Assembly (NCBI GenBank): GCA_963726755.1
Contig: CAVSDB010000001.1
Location: 429,127-493,126 of the forward strand
DNA from: an uncultured Actinomycetota bacterium
Lineage (GTDB): Bacteria > Actinomycetota > Actinomycetes > JAHEKZ01
Direction of reading: 5' to 3'
DNA length: 64,000 nucleotides
Every line of letters begins with the position of its first letter. Position 1 is the first letter of the stretch. The notes beneath the pieces are model-generated. The model was given only the letters and a program-made list of their open reading frames with translations. It made no database searches and was not told where the DNA came from. Shown here one piece after another: positions 22,177 through 33,556 of the stretch. The position numbers and the translations under genes are program-made.

Positions 22177-23545
22177 TCAATCTCTCAGGGAAAGCAGTTG
22201 GTACGCCTCGATCGGCTCGACGCGTCCCTTAACTGGCAGATCGCCAAGCGACTCTGTGACGGCGTCCGAGAGTTGAGCGGCGGTTGTCGCGCTAATCGCT
22301 ACGCCACCGACCGGCGCTTTTCCTTCTAACCGGCTGGCGACGTTGACGGTGTCGCCGATCGCGGTATGCGTCCGTCCGCCCGGCGCTCCGAGGACTCCGA
22401 TCGCGGCCTCGCCGGTGTTGACTCCCACCCGAAACTGCGGCCAGTCGGGGTGAGCGACGGCAACGGCTTGTGACCGCTCCTGCAGTTTCAAGGCCGACCG
22501 GGCTGCCCGCATAGCGTGGTCGGGCTGATCGCCGTGACCGTTGAACGTCACCATGATTGCGTCACCGATGAGGCGGTCGACGTCTCCGCCCTGTTCCTGG
22601 ACGATCGGTGGGATGACGCGCTCGAAGTACTCGTTGAGCATGCCAGCGACCTCGGCGGCGTCATGCCCCTCTGAGAATGTGGTGAAACCCTGAAGGTCGG
22701 CGAACAGCACGGTGATCTCTTGCGTGGCGTCGCCGCCTTGGACGTACAGGTCGCTGAAGCGTTCTTCGTGCCACTGCCGATGTGCGCCGTAAGCGATGAT
22801 GGCGAAGGCGGCGAGCATCAGCAGGTGCCACTCCCACCAGCTCATGTGCCAACTTCGCGACACTGACACTGCGAACATCGCCTCGGCAAGTAGTACGAAT
22901 GCCGCCGCCATCGTCAGCAGCATCGATGAGCGTCGCGCTCGCCACATGGTGAGGTACCTAAATGAGCTCACTAGATACAAGGCCACCGCGGGAGCGGATG
23001 CCGCGACGATAATTACGCTGGCTCGTTCCCCTGTGGGCGTCGAATCCAATGGCGGAATGCGAGCCAGCGACCAGACAGCCCAGACGGTGATCAGTCCAAG
23101 AAGAACGCCCTCGATCAACTGGGCGTGAGCGAGCACCCAACGTCCGCGCGACCCCGTCAGGTCAATGGCAGACCATGCGACGAAAAGCGAACCAAGGAGC
23201 AGTCCCACCGGAGTCGCGGACTGGAATCCTTCGTTTGATTCAGCTACTAGAACACCTGGTGTTGCCAGTGCATGCAGTCCGAGGAAGCCGGCACTGACGA
23301 AGAACGCCATCGAGACGAGAAATACGCGCGCCTCTGATCGACGTTGTGCTGCGACGCCAGTCGCGTACGCCAACACCGCGTTTAGGGCAGCGGCCGACAG
23401 ACACTAACCAGAAATGTGACGGCTGATGGTGCCACTCGACGTCGAGCCGCGGGTATCCCAGGAGGACGCCAAGGCCAACCACCGGCAACGCGAGCGAGAC
23501 AGCGACGATGGCTTTGTGGAATGTCGCTCCGGATGTCATGACCAC
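22177..23545 (-). CDS. membrane-anchored class III adenylate/guanylate cyclase, apparent 1-nt frameshift near 23395
   Basis: C-terminal cyclase domain (..VLFADLQGFTTFSE...RVGVNTGEAAIGVLG..). The N-terminal TM region MTSGATFHKAIVAVSLALPVVGLGVLLG... is in another frame. The junction is ..HFWLVSV | AALNAVLAYATG. Confidence 0.75.
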
Positions 23546-23615
23546 CCTCCGACCGTTGAGTGGATCGTCATTGACACTAGTTGGCGAACCAGTCTGCCGA
23601 AAGACCTCTCAATGA

Positions 23616-24137
23616 CTAACGTGCGGGGAGTATCGCCATCCCGCGCTCGTCGTGTGTGACGTCTGGCCATGGACGTCGTGCCCACTCCAGTCCGGAGCGG
23701 GCGGCGTCCACGATCTCGCTCGCGTGCTCGGCAATCTGCTTCGCGGACTCCGCGTGCGCGGCTAGATCTTCGACGCCGCCCTGCGACAGGAGTTCTGTCA
23801 CGTCGCTCAACTGCACCTCGAGCCAACCAGTGGGGTCTGCCGGGATGGCGGGGTCGAACGTCCGGTCGCCTGGTTCACCGTCCGGCATGGTCGGGTGCCA
23901 GTGCATCCGGTCCGCTGCTCCCGGCGCGGACTCGAGCAGGTCGATCCGACAGACGGCCGGCAGGAGCGCGACCTGACTCGAGACGTAGATGCTGCCGACG
24001 TGCTTGGACTCGACGAGCCGAAGCTCAACGCGTACGCCGCGCTCTCGGATGTCCGGCTCCGACGCGAACTCCGGATCCAGGAAGTCAATGCGCGCGACTG
24101 TGACGGCGAGGGTGTCGAACAACCAGACAGTTTCCAT
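23616..24137 (-). CDS. hypothetical protein
   Basis: 173-aa ORF with plausible coding statistics. No recognisable motif. Confidence 0.35.
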   Translation of the reverse strand: METVWLFDTLAVTVARIDFLDPEFASEPDIRERGVRVELRLVESKHVGSIYVSSQVALLPAVCRIDLLESAPGAADRMHWHPTMPDGEPGDRTFDPAIPADPTGWLEVQLSDVTELLSQGGVEDLAAHAESAKQIAEHASEIVDAARSGLEWARRPWPDVTHDERGMAILPAR

Positions 24138-24233
24138 TAACTTCTGCTCGCAATGGTCGGTGTAGATGACTCGTCGTGGATTCGAGGCAGGCGACGAAGG
24201 AGTACCAGATCCAGCGTCCGATTTCGCTTCGCC

Positions 24234-25161
24234 CTAGTCGACGTGCAGCACCACCTTGCCGGGCACCGTTCGGGCCAGCAGCTCGCTCACCACCGGCATC
24301 GGGTCACGCCACGACGTCTCTTTCACGATCTGCGGATCGAGCTTGCCAGACGCAACTAGACCTACCAACCCGTCCAGCTGCTTAGTTCCCAGTCGACGCT
24401 GCGCAACCTCGGTGAAAACCAGCAGACCTTCGACTCGCGCACCTGAATGCGCACCGAACCAGCCAGAGTCGACTTGCGCCGGCTTCGCCCGAAGAACGTC
24501 CGTACGTCACCAGGGTTCCCTCGTCGGACAGCACTTCCATTGAACGAGCCAACGAAGCCCCGCCCACTGACTCAAGGATGACGTCGTATCGACCCGTTGC
24601 GTGTTCGATTCCGACTACGACCTCGTCCGCGCCAAGCTCGCGAAGTCCGTCAACGCGCTCGGGGCGTCCGACAACCGCTGTGACCTGAGCCCCGGAGAGC
24701 CGGGCCAACTGAATGGCCAACCTTCCGACGCCACCCGCACCACCGGTAATCAGGACCCGTCGACCAAGCAAGAACCCACCAAGCTCCAAGGCACGCCACG
24801 CTGTCAAGCCCGCGATCGGCAGCACGCTTGCGGCCGCGTACGAAACTTCGTCAGGTAGGACGCTCATCGCGTGCGTTGGTACGCAGACCAGCTCAGCCCA
24901 TGCGTGACCGTCAACAATTCCGACGACCCGTTGACCGCTGCTCGGACCGGATCCATCGGCAGCCGACTCGACAACATCACCGGCGACGTCCCAACCCAAG
25001 ACCTGACCCGGATCTTCGTCGCGAAGGTGCGCGACCTCTCCCCGGTTAACCGAGGTGGCACGCAACCTCACCACTGCTTCGTTGGAGCGAGGACTTGGCT
25101 CAGCTACGTCGACAAGCGCAAGACCGCTCCCGTCCACGCCTGTTGTTGCCAATGCCTTCAT
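24234..25161 (-). CDS. zinc-type alcohol dehydrogenase / quinone oxidoreductase (MDR family), apparent 1-nt frameshift near 24460
   Basis: MKALATTGVDGSGLALVDVAEPSP...GGAGGVGRLAIQLARLSGAQV. The C-terminus ..AQVDSGWFGAHSGARVEGLLVFTEV...GKVVLHVD* is in the other frame and ends at 24234. Confidence 0.75.
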
Positions 25162-25220
25162 GAAGTGTGAACCTATCTGGACGAGGTAGCGCAGCAATAG
25201 CGGCTAGGTTCCAGGGAACG

Positions 25221-26619
25221 ATGCCGGGGAGAGCCATGATGCCAACCCAAGCGGAACTCCAGGAGAAAGTGACGGAAGTCGCCACCCGGCTGGACATGCC
25301 GGGCGTCGCAGTCGGAGTGGCGATTGGCCCGGAGACGCACATCGCCTTCCATGGTGTTACCAACCTGGACGAACCACTCCCGGTAGATGCCGGCACGTTG
25401 TTCCAGATCGGCTCGACGGGCAAGACGTACACGGCGACCGCGATCATGCAGCTCGTCGAACAAGGCTCGCATCGAGCTCGATGCTCCGGTTCGCACCTAC
25501 GTCCCGGAACTTCGGCTCAAGGACGAGCAGGTCGCGCGCGACGTGACGGTGTTGCACCTGCTCAATCACACGGCGGGGTGGGACGGCGACTTCTTCAAAG
25601 ACACCGGCGAGGGACCGGATGCGCTCGACCTGTTTATGCAGGCGATGGCGAACATCGAGCAGGTGACGCCACTCGGTTCGATGGTGTCCTACAACAACGC
25701 CTCGCTCGGACTTGCGGGACTGGTGATCGAACGGGTCACCGGCGAGCCATACGAAGAGGTCGTACGGCGTCGGGTGTTGCAGCCGCTCGGATTGGAGCAC
25801 ACGACGTTCGATCGGGACGTCATCGTTTCGCACCGCTTCGCGAACGGGCACTATCGGGCGCAAGACGGTACGACAAAGGTGGCGCAACTGTGGGAGCCCG
25901 GCAGGTACGGGCTCCCGCAAGGGGCGGTGATCTCGTCGGATGTGGCCGATCAGCTGGCCTGGGCGCGGTTCCACATGGGCGAGGGGACCTCGCCCGACGG
26001 CACCCGTATCGTCTCGCGCGCGTCGCTGGACTTGATGAAGACCGAGACCGCGAACTGTTCAGGCAGTGCGCTCGGGGATGCGGTAGGGATCAGTTGGTTC
26101 CTGCGCGATATCGGCGGTACGCGTGTGGTGTTCCACGGAGGCGCCACCGCCGGACAGCTCTCGTACTTCGAGATGGTTCCTGAGCGTTCCTTCGCGATGA
26201 CGAGTCTGACCAACTGCGCGCCGGTGGGTGAGGCGTTCAACGCCGAGATCATGCGCTGGACCTTCGAGTCGTACCTCGGGCTGGACATGCGCAATCCCGA
26301 GCCGCTGGCGCTGTCGGACGACGCACTCGCCGAGTACGTCGGAACCTACGACACGATTGCCGTCGTCTACACACTCGAGTTGACGGCTGAGGGTCTGATG
26401 GTGAGCTACGTCGAGGATCCCGAGGCGCTCGCCGAACTCGGAGAAGAAGCGATCGACGAACCGCCGGAGCCGATCGGCATCCTCCCCGGGGATGGGGACC
26501 GATTCATCGTCATGTCTGGCTCGGCCAAGGGCACGCACGGCTATTTCATACGCGACGCGAGCGGTCGGGTCAGCGGGATGCACGTGGGTGGCCGCTACGC
26601 GACTCGCGCCGAGGGCTGA
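25221..26619 (+). CDS. serine hydrolase of the class C beta-lactamase / PBP4* family, apparent 1-nt frameshift near 25460
   Basis: FQIGSTGKTYTATAIMQLVEQG (S-x-x-K) in frame 0, then RIELDAPVRTYVPEL...LLNHTAGW... in frame 1. Confidence 0.75.
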
Positions 26620-26670
26620 TACGGGCACCTGCCAGCCGCATCGCCTGACAAAGCCGGAAAATTTCGAACG

Positions 26671-26745
26671 GGTGCGCCGCCAGGGACTCGAACCCCGAAC
26701 CCGCGGATTAAGAGTCCGCTGCTCTGCCAGTTGAGCTAGCGGCGC
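26671..26745 (-). tRNA. tRNA-Lys (anticodon CTT)
   Basis: Reverse complement GCGCCGCTAGCTCAACTGGCAGAGCAGCGGACTCTTAATCCGCGGGTTCGGGGTTCGAGTCCCTGGCGGCGCACC. Clean cloverleaf; anticodon loop CTCTTAA; 7-bp acceptor stem. Confidence 0.9.
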
Positions 26746-27183
26746 GTTGCATCCGACCAGGTTGCGATCGGTGCGGAGGAAACCCTAGCAGCGGAGCCGG
26801 GGCATCCGAAAATCGGTTTCCGCCTAGACGAGGACCGCTTCGCGGACCCGTGGCCAGTACGGATCGAGGCGACCAGCTTCGACGTCCATGATCTCTGCGG
26901 AGGCAGGTCCGGACGGTTCCATGAGGTCATAGAGCAGCGTGAGCGGCACTTGCGCTCGCAGCAGGTCCATCACCCTGGCATTCGTCATTTCGTTAGTCCC
27001 CCCAGGCATAACGACTGTCACATACAGAGGTTCGGGGTGAACGCGCGAACGCTTGCTGAACCAAATGGGTGTCCGCTTTTCGGGCGTCACCCGACTGCCG
27101 ACCGACATCCCCCGTGCGGGCGAACAAGTGTCACCCGAGGGGCGCATCGTCAGACCGCGACGAGGTACGGCAGGCTGAGATTT

Positions 27184-28494
27184 GTGACATCAAACACAAC
27201 GTCCACCGCCGCTGAAACACTCTGCGATCTCATCCGCATCGACACCACGAACGACGGGACGGATGACGGACCGGGGGAGCGGCTAGCCGCGGAGTACGCC
27301 GCAACGCGGTTGAGCAACGCCGGACTCGAACCGCTGCTCCTGGAGTCCGCGCCGCGTCGCGCAAACCTCATTACGCGTTGGCCAGGCGTCGACCGCAGTC
27401 GTCCGCCGCTCTTGGTGCACGGACACCTCGACGTCGTGCCCGCGCAGGCGTCCGACTGGTCGGTCGATCCGTTCGCTGGTTTCGTCAAGGACGGCTTCGT
27501 CTGGGGACGCGGGGCGATCGATATGAAGCAGTTCATCGCGCAGTTGCTTGTGCTGGTCGAGGAACGTCAGAGCGCCGGACGTCTGCCTGCGCGTGACGTC
27601 GTGCTGGTATTCACGGCCGACGAAGAACACAGCGGACAGCGCGGCGCGTACTGGCTCGCCCGCGAACATCGCGATCAGTTCGACGGCATCGTCGACGCCA
27701 TGGGCGAGGGCGGTGGTTTCAACATCTCGCTCGCCAACGGCCAACGCTGCTACCCCGTCGGTACGAGCGAGAAGGGGATGCTCTGGACGCGCGTCATCGC
27801 CGAAGGGCGTGCGGGTCATGGCTCAAGCATCAATCGCGAAAACGCCGTCACCCGACTGTCGGCAGCGATGGCGCGGGTCGGTGCGTACGAGTTTCCTGTG
27901 CAGCTGACGCCCACCGTCGAAGCGTCGCTCGCGATCGTCGCCGAAGCCGCTGGGCTGCCTGCGTCGATGGTGCAGTCTGACCCCGAGGCGATCTGCGACA
28001 CGCTTCCGCTGATTGCTGACGATCTGAAGGCCAGCCTTCGCCACATGGCAAACCCCACGATGCTCTCAGCCGGTTACAAGACCAACGTGATCCCCGGACA
28101 CGCCGAGGGGGTCATCGACGCGCGGACGCTCCCCGGGTTCGAGGCCGAGTTCCTCGCCAAACTCGACGAGTTGCTCGGTCCGCACGTGACGCGCGAAGCG
28201 ATCGTCCACGATGTCGCGCACGAAGGACCGGCCAGTGGTCGCGTCTGGGACGCGATCGTGTCAGCGATCGCCGACGAAGATCCGAGCAGTGTCGTCGCAC
28301 CGTCGATCGACAACGGCGGTACCGACGCGAAGGCCTTCGTGCCGCTCGGCATCACGTGCTACGGCTTCACGCCGGTGCAGTTCCCCGCCGACGAACCGCA
28401 CCCGGAGCTCTACCACGGGATCGACGAGCGCGTACCGATCGACGGACTCGACTTCGGTGTACGCGTACTCGACCGGCTATTCGACTTGGTCTAG
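27184..28494 (+). CDS. M20-family metallopeptidase (dipeptidase / succinyl-diaminopimelate desuccinylase-like)
   Basis: ...LLVHGHLDVVPA...GRGAIDMKQFIA...VFTADEEHSG...GEGGG... metal-binding motifs. GTG start at 27184 (VTSNTTSTAAETLCDLIRIDTTN). Confidence 0.8.
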   Translation: MTSNTTSTAAETLCDLIRIDTTNDGTDDGPGERLAAEYAATRLSNAGLEPLLLESAPRRANLITRWPGVDRSRPPLLVHGHLDVVPAQASDWSVDPFAGFVKDGFVWGRGAIDMKQFIAQLLVLVEERQSAGRLPARDVVLVFTADEEHSGQRGAYWLAREHRDQFDGIVDAMGEGGGFNISLANGQRCYPVGTSEKGMLWTRVIAEGRAGHGSSINRENAVTRLSAAMARVGAYEFPVQLTPTVEASLAIVAEAAGLPASMVQSDPEAICDTLPLIADDLKASLRHMANPTMLSAGYKTNVIPGHAEGVIDARTLPGFEAEFLAKLDELLGPHVTREAIVHDVAHEGPASGRVWDAIVSAIADEDPSSVVAPSIDNGGTDAKAFVPLGITCYGFTPVQFPADEPHPELYHGIDERVPIDGLDFGVRVLDRLFDLV

Positions 28495-28511
28495 CGCAGC
28501 GACTTGGTCTA
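28481..28511. repeat. tandem duplication of cgacttggtctag (two copies separated by cgcag) at a convergent gene junction
   Basis: Copy 1 supplies the stop of the M20 peptidase (..FDLV*). Copy 2 supplies the stop of fdhD on the opposite strand. Confidence 0.6.
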
Positions 28512-29376
28512 GTGGACGCGCTCGGCGTGCGTGTAGACGTTCATCGTGTCGTCGCGCAGGAAACCGATGAGCGTGACGCCCGCGCGATCAGCAAGTTCGA
28601 CCGCGAGGCTTGACGGCGCAGACACTGCAGCAACAACGCCGACGCCAGCCATCGACGCCTTCTGCACGAGTTCGAACGACGCGCGTCCACTGAGTTGCAG
28701 AATGTGTTCGCTCAGCGGCAGCCGCTGACCGGCCAACGCCCAACCGATGACCTTGTCGACGGCGTTGTGTCGTCCGACGTCTTCGCGCAACACGAGCAAC
28801 TCGCCACTCAACGTGAACAGTCCGGCCGCGTGTAGTCCACCGGTGCGATCGAAGACCGCCTGGCTCTGCCGCAACGTGTCAGGCAGCGAACTCAACGTCG
28901 TCGCCTTCACGACATCGGGAGTGACGGTCCAACGGCGCGAGCAATCGGTCAACGACTTCGTCGATCGCCTCGGTGCCGCAGATGCCGCACGCACTCGACG
29001 TCCAGCCATGACGCGGATTCGGACGTCGCATGGTCCGCAGCTCGACCTCGACCGCGGTGCGCTCGGTCATGCTGTCGTCCCCCGGATCGGTGAGCGACGG
29101 CTCGGCGAACGTCCGGCACTCGCGCGCGGAGATCACGTCGTCGGCCTGACTCACCACACCGTCGCTGACCAGCCAGCCGAGCGCGAGGTCGATGTCGTCG
29201 CCGGGTGTCCGCATCGTGGTGAAGACTTCCTCGCCGTCGACGCTCACCGTCAGGGGATCCTCGACGGCGAGCGTGTCGATCCGCGTCGTCGCGACCCCGT
29301 GCTCGTAACGGACGATCGGGCGGCGATCACTGCGGCGGCTCACCCCTCCATCATGCCTTGGCCAAGCAGTTGTCAC
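28509..29376 (-). CDS. fdhD: formate dehydrogenase accessory sulfurtransferase FdhD, apparent frameshift near 28990
   Basis: ...[14 protein letters not shown].. in one ORF and ..[55 protein letters not shown] in the other. Together they give about 280 aa. Confidence 0.7.
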
Positions 29377-29404
29377 CCGCCGCGTTCGCCGGAATGCTGG
29401 GCCC

Positions 29405-31213
29405 GTGAGCGATGCGACGTGGGAGATCCGGATCCGTGGCCCTCAGCTGATGGCGCTGGGGCTGACCTCGCCGCCTATCGCGTGGGCGGGCGAGGTGCAG
29501 GGCCGAGGCGTCGTGCTCGCGCGTACGAAGGGCGCCGTCGAGGTCCACACCTTCGACCTGTCCGCCGAACCAACGCTCCGGCAAGTGACCGACCGACGCT
29601 ACGGGACCATCGACGGCGCGATCTCACCTGACGGACGCTGGGTGTTCTGGTTCGACGACGAAGCCGGCGACGAGGTCGGCCGCTGGCAGCGAGAACCGTT
29701 CGACGGCGGCTACCGGCAGGCACTCCTGACCGACCTACCCGCTTCCGAGTCAACCGGCATCGTCCCCCGCAACAACGGTGGCGCGATCGTCGCGCGCTGG
29801 AGCGACCACCTCGAACTCGCGGTCGCTCACCCAGACGGAACTGGTGACGTCGTCTTCTCGCAGGATGATTGGTCCGCGCTCGATGACGTCAGCGCCAGCG
29901 GTGACCTCGCCCTCCTGACGACCTCACCCGCCGACGATGCGGCGCACACCCGCGTGCTCGTCGTCAGTCTCACCGACGGCGCCGTCGTCGACACCCTTGC
30001 CGTCCCCGACGCACGACTGACCGCCGTCGCGTTCCGCCCCGGAACCAACGACACGGTGCTCGTCCTCGACGAGTCGGGCGAGCGCATGGGTCTAGCCCTT
30101 TGGCACCTCACGTCGAACGACCTCACGCCGATCCGAACCGGACTCGGAGGCGACCTTCACGCCAAGTGGTCGCGCGACGGGAGCTGGCTGGTCGTGACCA
30201 GTTTCGAGAACGGCCGGGAGAGCGTTCACCGCCATGACCTCGCGAGCGGAGTCACGACGCTGCTTCGCCCCGCCGTGGGCGTGGTCGGTGGCATGTCAGT
30301 CGACGCTGATGACTGCGTCCAACTGCTCGAGTCGTCGTCCGACCAGCCGGCCAGATTGCTGCTGATCCCCTCCGATGGCTCGGCAGCAGACGACGCGTCC
30401 AACCCCCTTGTGCTCATCGACCCCTCCGCGGGACAGATGCCCCCGACGCCAACGTCGACCGATGTGTTCACCGACGGTCCGGGTGGTCGGATCCATTCGC
30501 TGCTGACAGAGCCGTCCACCGGCACGCGTCCATTCCCCACGGTCTTCTGGGTGCACGGCGGTCCGTGGTGGCGCGACGAGCACGCGTGGCGCGACAGCGT
30601 GCCGTCGCTCACCGACGCGGGCATCGCGGTCGTGCGTGTGAACTTCCGCGGGTCCACCGGCTATGGCACTGCCTGGCAGGACGCGCTGCATCGTGACATC
30701 GGCGCGATCGAGTGCGCCGACATTGCGGCGGTACGTGAGGCGCTGGTGCGTGACGGCGTGATCGACCCCAAGCGCGTGGCCATCGGTGGTGGTTCGTGGG
30801 GTGGCTACGTCACCCTGTATGCGCTCGGCACGCAACCGGACGCCTGGGTCGCCGGCGCCGCGCTAGTACCGCTTGCCGACTGGGCACTTTGCTGGGAACT
30901 GCAGCCAGCGAACTGGCGCGCAGGTGACGCGGCGCTGATCGGCGGACGGCTCGAGGATGTGCCGGAACTGTTCGCGGCGGCGTCGCCGATCACGTACGTC
31001 GACGACGTGCGAGCGCCGGTACTCATCACCGCGGGGGAGTCCGACCCGCACTGCCCGGTGCAGCAAGTCGACACTTACGTCGAGCGGTTGCAGGCTCGCG
31101 GCCACGACGTGACGTATGACCGACGGACCGGCGGGCACGTAGCGTGGGACGCCGACACCCGAGTGGCTGAGACCCGCACGTTCGTCGACTTCCTGAAGTC
31201 GAAACTCATCTGA
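29405..31213 (+). CDS. S9-family serine peptidase (prolyl oligopeptidase / dipeptidyl-peptidase-like)
   Basis: 602 aa. N-terminal beta-propeller-like region and a C-terminal alpha/beta hydrolase with GGSWGG nucleophile elbow and ..HGGPWWRDE.. Confidence 0.8.
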   Translation: MSDATWEIRIRGPQLMALGLTSPPIAWAGEVQGRGVVLARTKGAVEVHTFDLSAEPTLRQVTDRRYGTIDGAISPDGRWVFWFDDEAGDEVGRWQREPFDGGYRQALLTDLPASESTGIVPRNNGGAIVARWSDHLELAVAHPDGTGDVVFSQDDWSALDDVSASGDLALLTTSPADDAAHTRVLVVSLTDGAVVDTLAVPDARLTAVAFRPGTNDTVLVLDESGERMGLALWHLTSNDLTPIRTGLGGDLHAKWSRDGSWLVVTSFENGRESVHRHDLASGVTTLLRPAVGVVGGMSVDADDCVQLLESSSDQPARLLLIPSDGSAADDASNPLVLIDPSAGQMPPTPTSTDVFTDGPGGRIHSLLTEPSTGTRPFPTVFWVHGGPWWRDEHAWRDSVPSLTDAGIAVVRVNFRGSTGYGTAWQDALHRDIGAIECADIAAVREALVRDGVIDPKRVAIGGGSWGGYVTLYALGTQPDAWVAGAALVPLADWALCWELQPANWRAGDAALIGGRLEDVPELFAAASPITYVDDVRAPVLITAGESDPHCPVQQVDTYVERLQARGHDVTYDRRTGGHVAWDADTRVAETRTFVDFLKSKLI

Positions 31214-31264
31214 CGCCCGCGTACATGGAGGTCCGTAACGATTTCGGGACGTCGGACCCCGACA

Positions 31265-32500
31265 GTGGTTAGCGTGACCACGCCTGTGACCAGCCAGAGC
31301 CGTGACATCCGCTGGCCGTGGCTGGTGCTCCTCGCGGTGCTCCTCGCGGCGGTGATCGCCGACGGCGCCACGATCTGGCAGCACTCGATCGGTCTGCCGC
31401 AGCCGTACCCCTACTGGCTCGAGACTTCGGCGAGCGAGATCGCGTACGGGTTCGTCGGAGCCATCATCTGCATCCGCGTCCGGGGGAACGCGCTGGGACC
31501 GATCATGTTGGCCATCGCTGTCCTCGGCGCGGTTCAGGGGTTGGCCGGAACTGCCGCACTCAGTGGACCGCAGCTGGGTTGGCCAACGATCCTGACCGAA
31601 ATCGCTGGCGGAGCCTTCGGGGCGGTTCAGGCTCGAGGTGTCGGCCTGCTCGGGCTCCTGCTGATGTTGGCTCCGACCGGACGTCCGCTCAGCCCGCGAT
31701 GGCGCTGGCCGATCGCGCTTTACGTTGCCGTGCTCATCCTGGGTGGAGTTTCGACGTTGTTCATCGGACCTGACCCGGCGTCGCTCGACGGGTACACCCT
31801 CGACGGTGCCATCCCACTCCCGTACGGCCATGTGCTCGCAGTCGCGGGTGTTGCAATCGGCACCTACGGCGTGGTCATTGGATTGCTGCTCGGCTGCATA
31901 GTTCTCGCCCTTCGTTGGTTTCGGTCCCTAGGCGTTGAGCGCGAACAGGTGACCTGGGTGGTCCTTGGCGGACTAGCAGGACCAGCGATCGTACTGACGG
32001 ATGTCTTCGTGACCCTGGCGGTCACCGGGTCAACGCAAACGTCCGGTCTCCATGGATCGCTGGTTTGGGCGTTCGCAGGAGTTATGCTGCCGGCTGGCAT
32101 CGCTGTCGCGGTGCTGCGTCACGGTCTATACGACATCGACCGCGTCGTCAGCCGAACCGTCTCGTACGCGCTCGTCACTGGCATCCTCATCGCGCTCTAC
32201 GTGATCACCGTTACTGCGACCAGCAAACTCTTGCCGGAATCCTCCGATCTCGGCGTCGCGGCGGCGACCCTCCTCGCCGCGACAGCGTTCCAGCCGCTCC
32301 TTCGACGCGTGCGCAGATCGGTGGACCACCGCTTCAACCGGACGGCGTACGACGCGGTCGCAACGGTTGAGGAGTTCTCACGCGGACTCGATCGCCGGGT
32401 TGAGCTGGGCACCGTCGAAGCGCAATTGCTCGACGCGGTAACGAAGACCGTTCAACCAGCCAGCGTCAGCCTTTGGCTGACCCGGGGATCGCATCTCTAG
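31265..32500 (+). CDS. polytopic membrane protein (sensor-like multi-TM domain, no kinase domain)
   Basis: 411 aa with about 10 hydrophobic segments and a C-terminal cytoplasmic tail ..DHRFNRTAYDAV.. Confidence 0.45.
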   Translation: MVSVTTPVTSQSRDIRWPWLVLLAVLLAAVIADGATIWQHSIGLPQPYPYWLETSASEIAYGFVGAIICIRVRGNALGPIMLAIAVLGAVQGLAGTAALSGPQLGWPTILTEIAGGAFGAVQARGVGLLGLLLMLAPTGRPLSPRWRWPIALYVAVLILGGVSTLFIGPDPASLDGYTLDGAIPLPYGHVLAVAGVAIGTYGVVIGLLLGCIVLALRWFRSLGVEREQVTWVVLGGLAGPAIVLTDVFVTLAVTGSTQTSGLHGSLVWAFAGVMLPAGIAVAVLRHGLYDIDRVVSRTVSYALVTGILIALYVITVTATSKLLPESSDLGVAAATLLAATAFQPLLRRVRRSVDHRFNRTAYDAVATVEEFSRGLDRRVELGTVEAQLLDAVTKTVQPASVSLWLTRGSHL

Positions 32501-32544
32501 AACATCCTGGGGGCGAGTTCTAGGCTGGAGAACGAGGCCGACTC

Positions 32545-32799
32545 GTGACCAACTCCCGCCGCAATCCCCGCACTGGCACTGAGCCGAACACTGCTCGGTC
32601 CGCCCTAGGAATGCGTCGCGGATTAGCCATCTTCGGGTTGGTCACTTGTTCGGCGCTCGTCGGGTGGCTCGTCGTCATCGGACAAGCCGACTCGGGCGGC
32701 TACCGCGTGGCGTTCTGGGTCCTAGCCGGGATCGCCGCGCTAGGCGCGATCGTGGCGGTGGTCGACCTCGTGGTGATCCAGCGTCGGATGCGCAACTGA
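32545..32799 (+). CDS. small membrane protein
   Basis: 84 aa with two TM helices. Weak. Confidence 0.3.
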   Translation: MTNSRRNPRTGTEPNTARSALGMRRGLAIFGLVTCSALVGWLVVIGQADSGGYRVAFWVLAGIAALGAIVAVVDLVVIQRRMRN

Positions 32800-32823
32800 G
32801 CGAGAAACGTCGATCGAAAAACT

Positions 32824-32900
32824 TGGGGTGAGTGACGGGACTTGAACCCGCGGCCCCCTGGACCACAACCAGGTGCTCTACCAGCTGAGCTACACCCACC
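32824..32900 (-). tRNA. tRNA-His (anticodon GTG) with encoded G-1 and CCA
   Basis: Reverse complement GGTGGGTGTAGCTCAGCTGGTAGAGCACCTGGTTGTGGTCCAGGGGGCCGCGGGTTCAAGTCCCGTCACTCACCCCA. 8-bp acceptor stem with G-1:C73; anticodon loop TTGTGGT. Confidence 0.9.
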
Positions 32901-32938
32901 ATGACCGCTTATGCGGCTGGACGAGTGTACCGAGTCGG

Positions 32939-33556
32939 CTAGCCGGCGTCCGAATCGGCGGCTGGAGCGAACTGAGCCGCGATCGCTTTGGCGGTGTCGG
33001 TGTCCGGGCCCGGAGCCGCGACGAAGACCGCCGCCCGGTAGTACTTCAGCTCCTCGATGGACTCCTGGATGTCCGCGAGCGCACGGTGACCGCCGTGCTT
33101 CTCGGGAGCCTGGAAGTAGGCCTTGGGGTACCAGCGGCGGGCCAGTTCCTTGATCGAGGAGACGTCGACCATCCGGTAGTGGACGTGAGCGTCGAGCTCA
33201 GCCATGTCTCGCGCGATGAACCCGCGATCGGTCGCGATCGAGTTTCCAGCCATGACGGCCTTGCGGGCGTCGGGGATGTACTCCTTTATATACGTCATCG
33301 CCAGCGCCTCAGCCTCGGCGAGCGTCATCCCCGCGGCCAGCTCTTCGAGCAGACCGGACGTGGTGTGCATGTTCCGGACGAACTCGTCCATCTGCTCGAG
33401 CGCGGCGTCCGGTGGCTTGATGACGACGTCGACGCCGTCGCCCAGGACGTTCAACTCGGCGTCAGTGACGAGGACGGCGAGCTCGACCAGAGCGTCCTTC
33501 TCAAGGTCGAGCCCGGTCATCTCGCAGTCGATCCAGACCATGTGTGTGTTGCTCAT
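32939..33556 (-). CDS. orn: oligoribonuclease
   Basis: MSNTHMVWIDCEMTGLDLEKDALVELAVLVTD... DEDDh exonuclease motifs. 205 aa. Confidence 0.9.
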   Translation of the reverse strand: MSNTHMVWIDCEMTGLDLEKDALVELAVLVTDAELNVLGDGVDVVIKPPDAALEQMDEFVRNMHTTSGLLEELAAGMTLAEAEALAMTYIKEYIPDARKAVMAGNSIATDRGFIARDMAELDAHVHYRMVDVSSIKELARRWYPKAYFQAPEKHGGHRALADIQESIEELKYYRAAVFVAAPGPDTDTAKAIAAQFAPAADSDAG

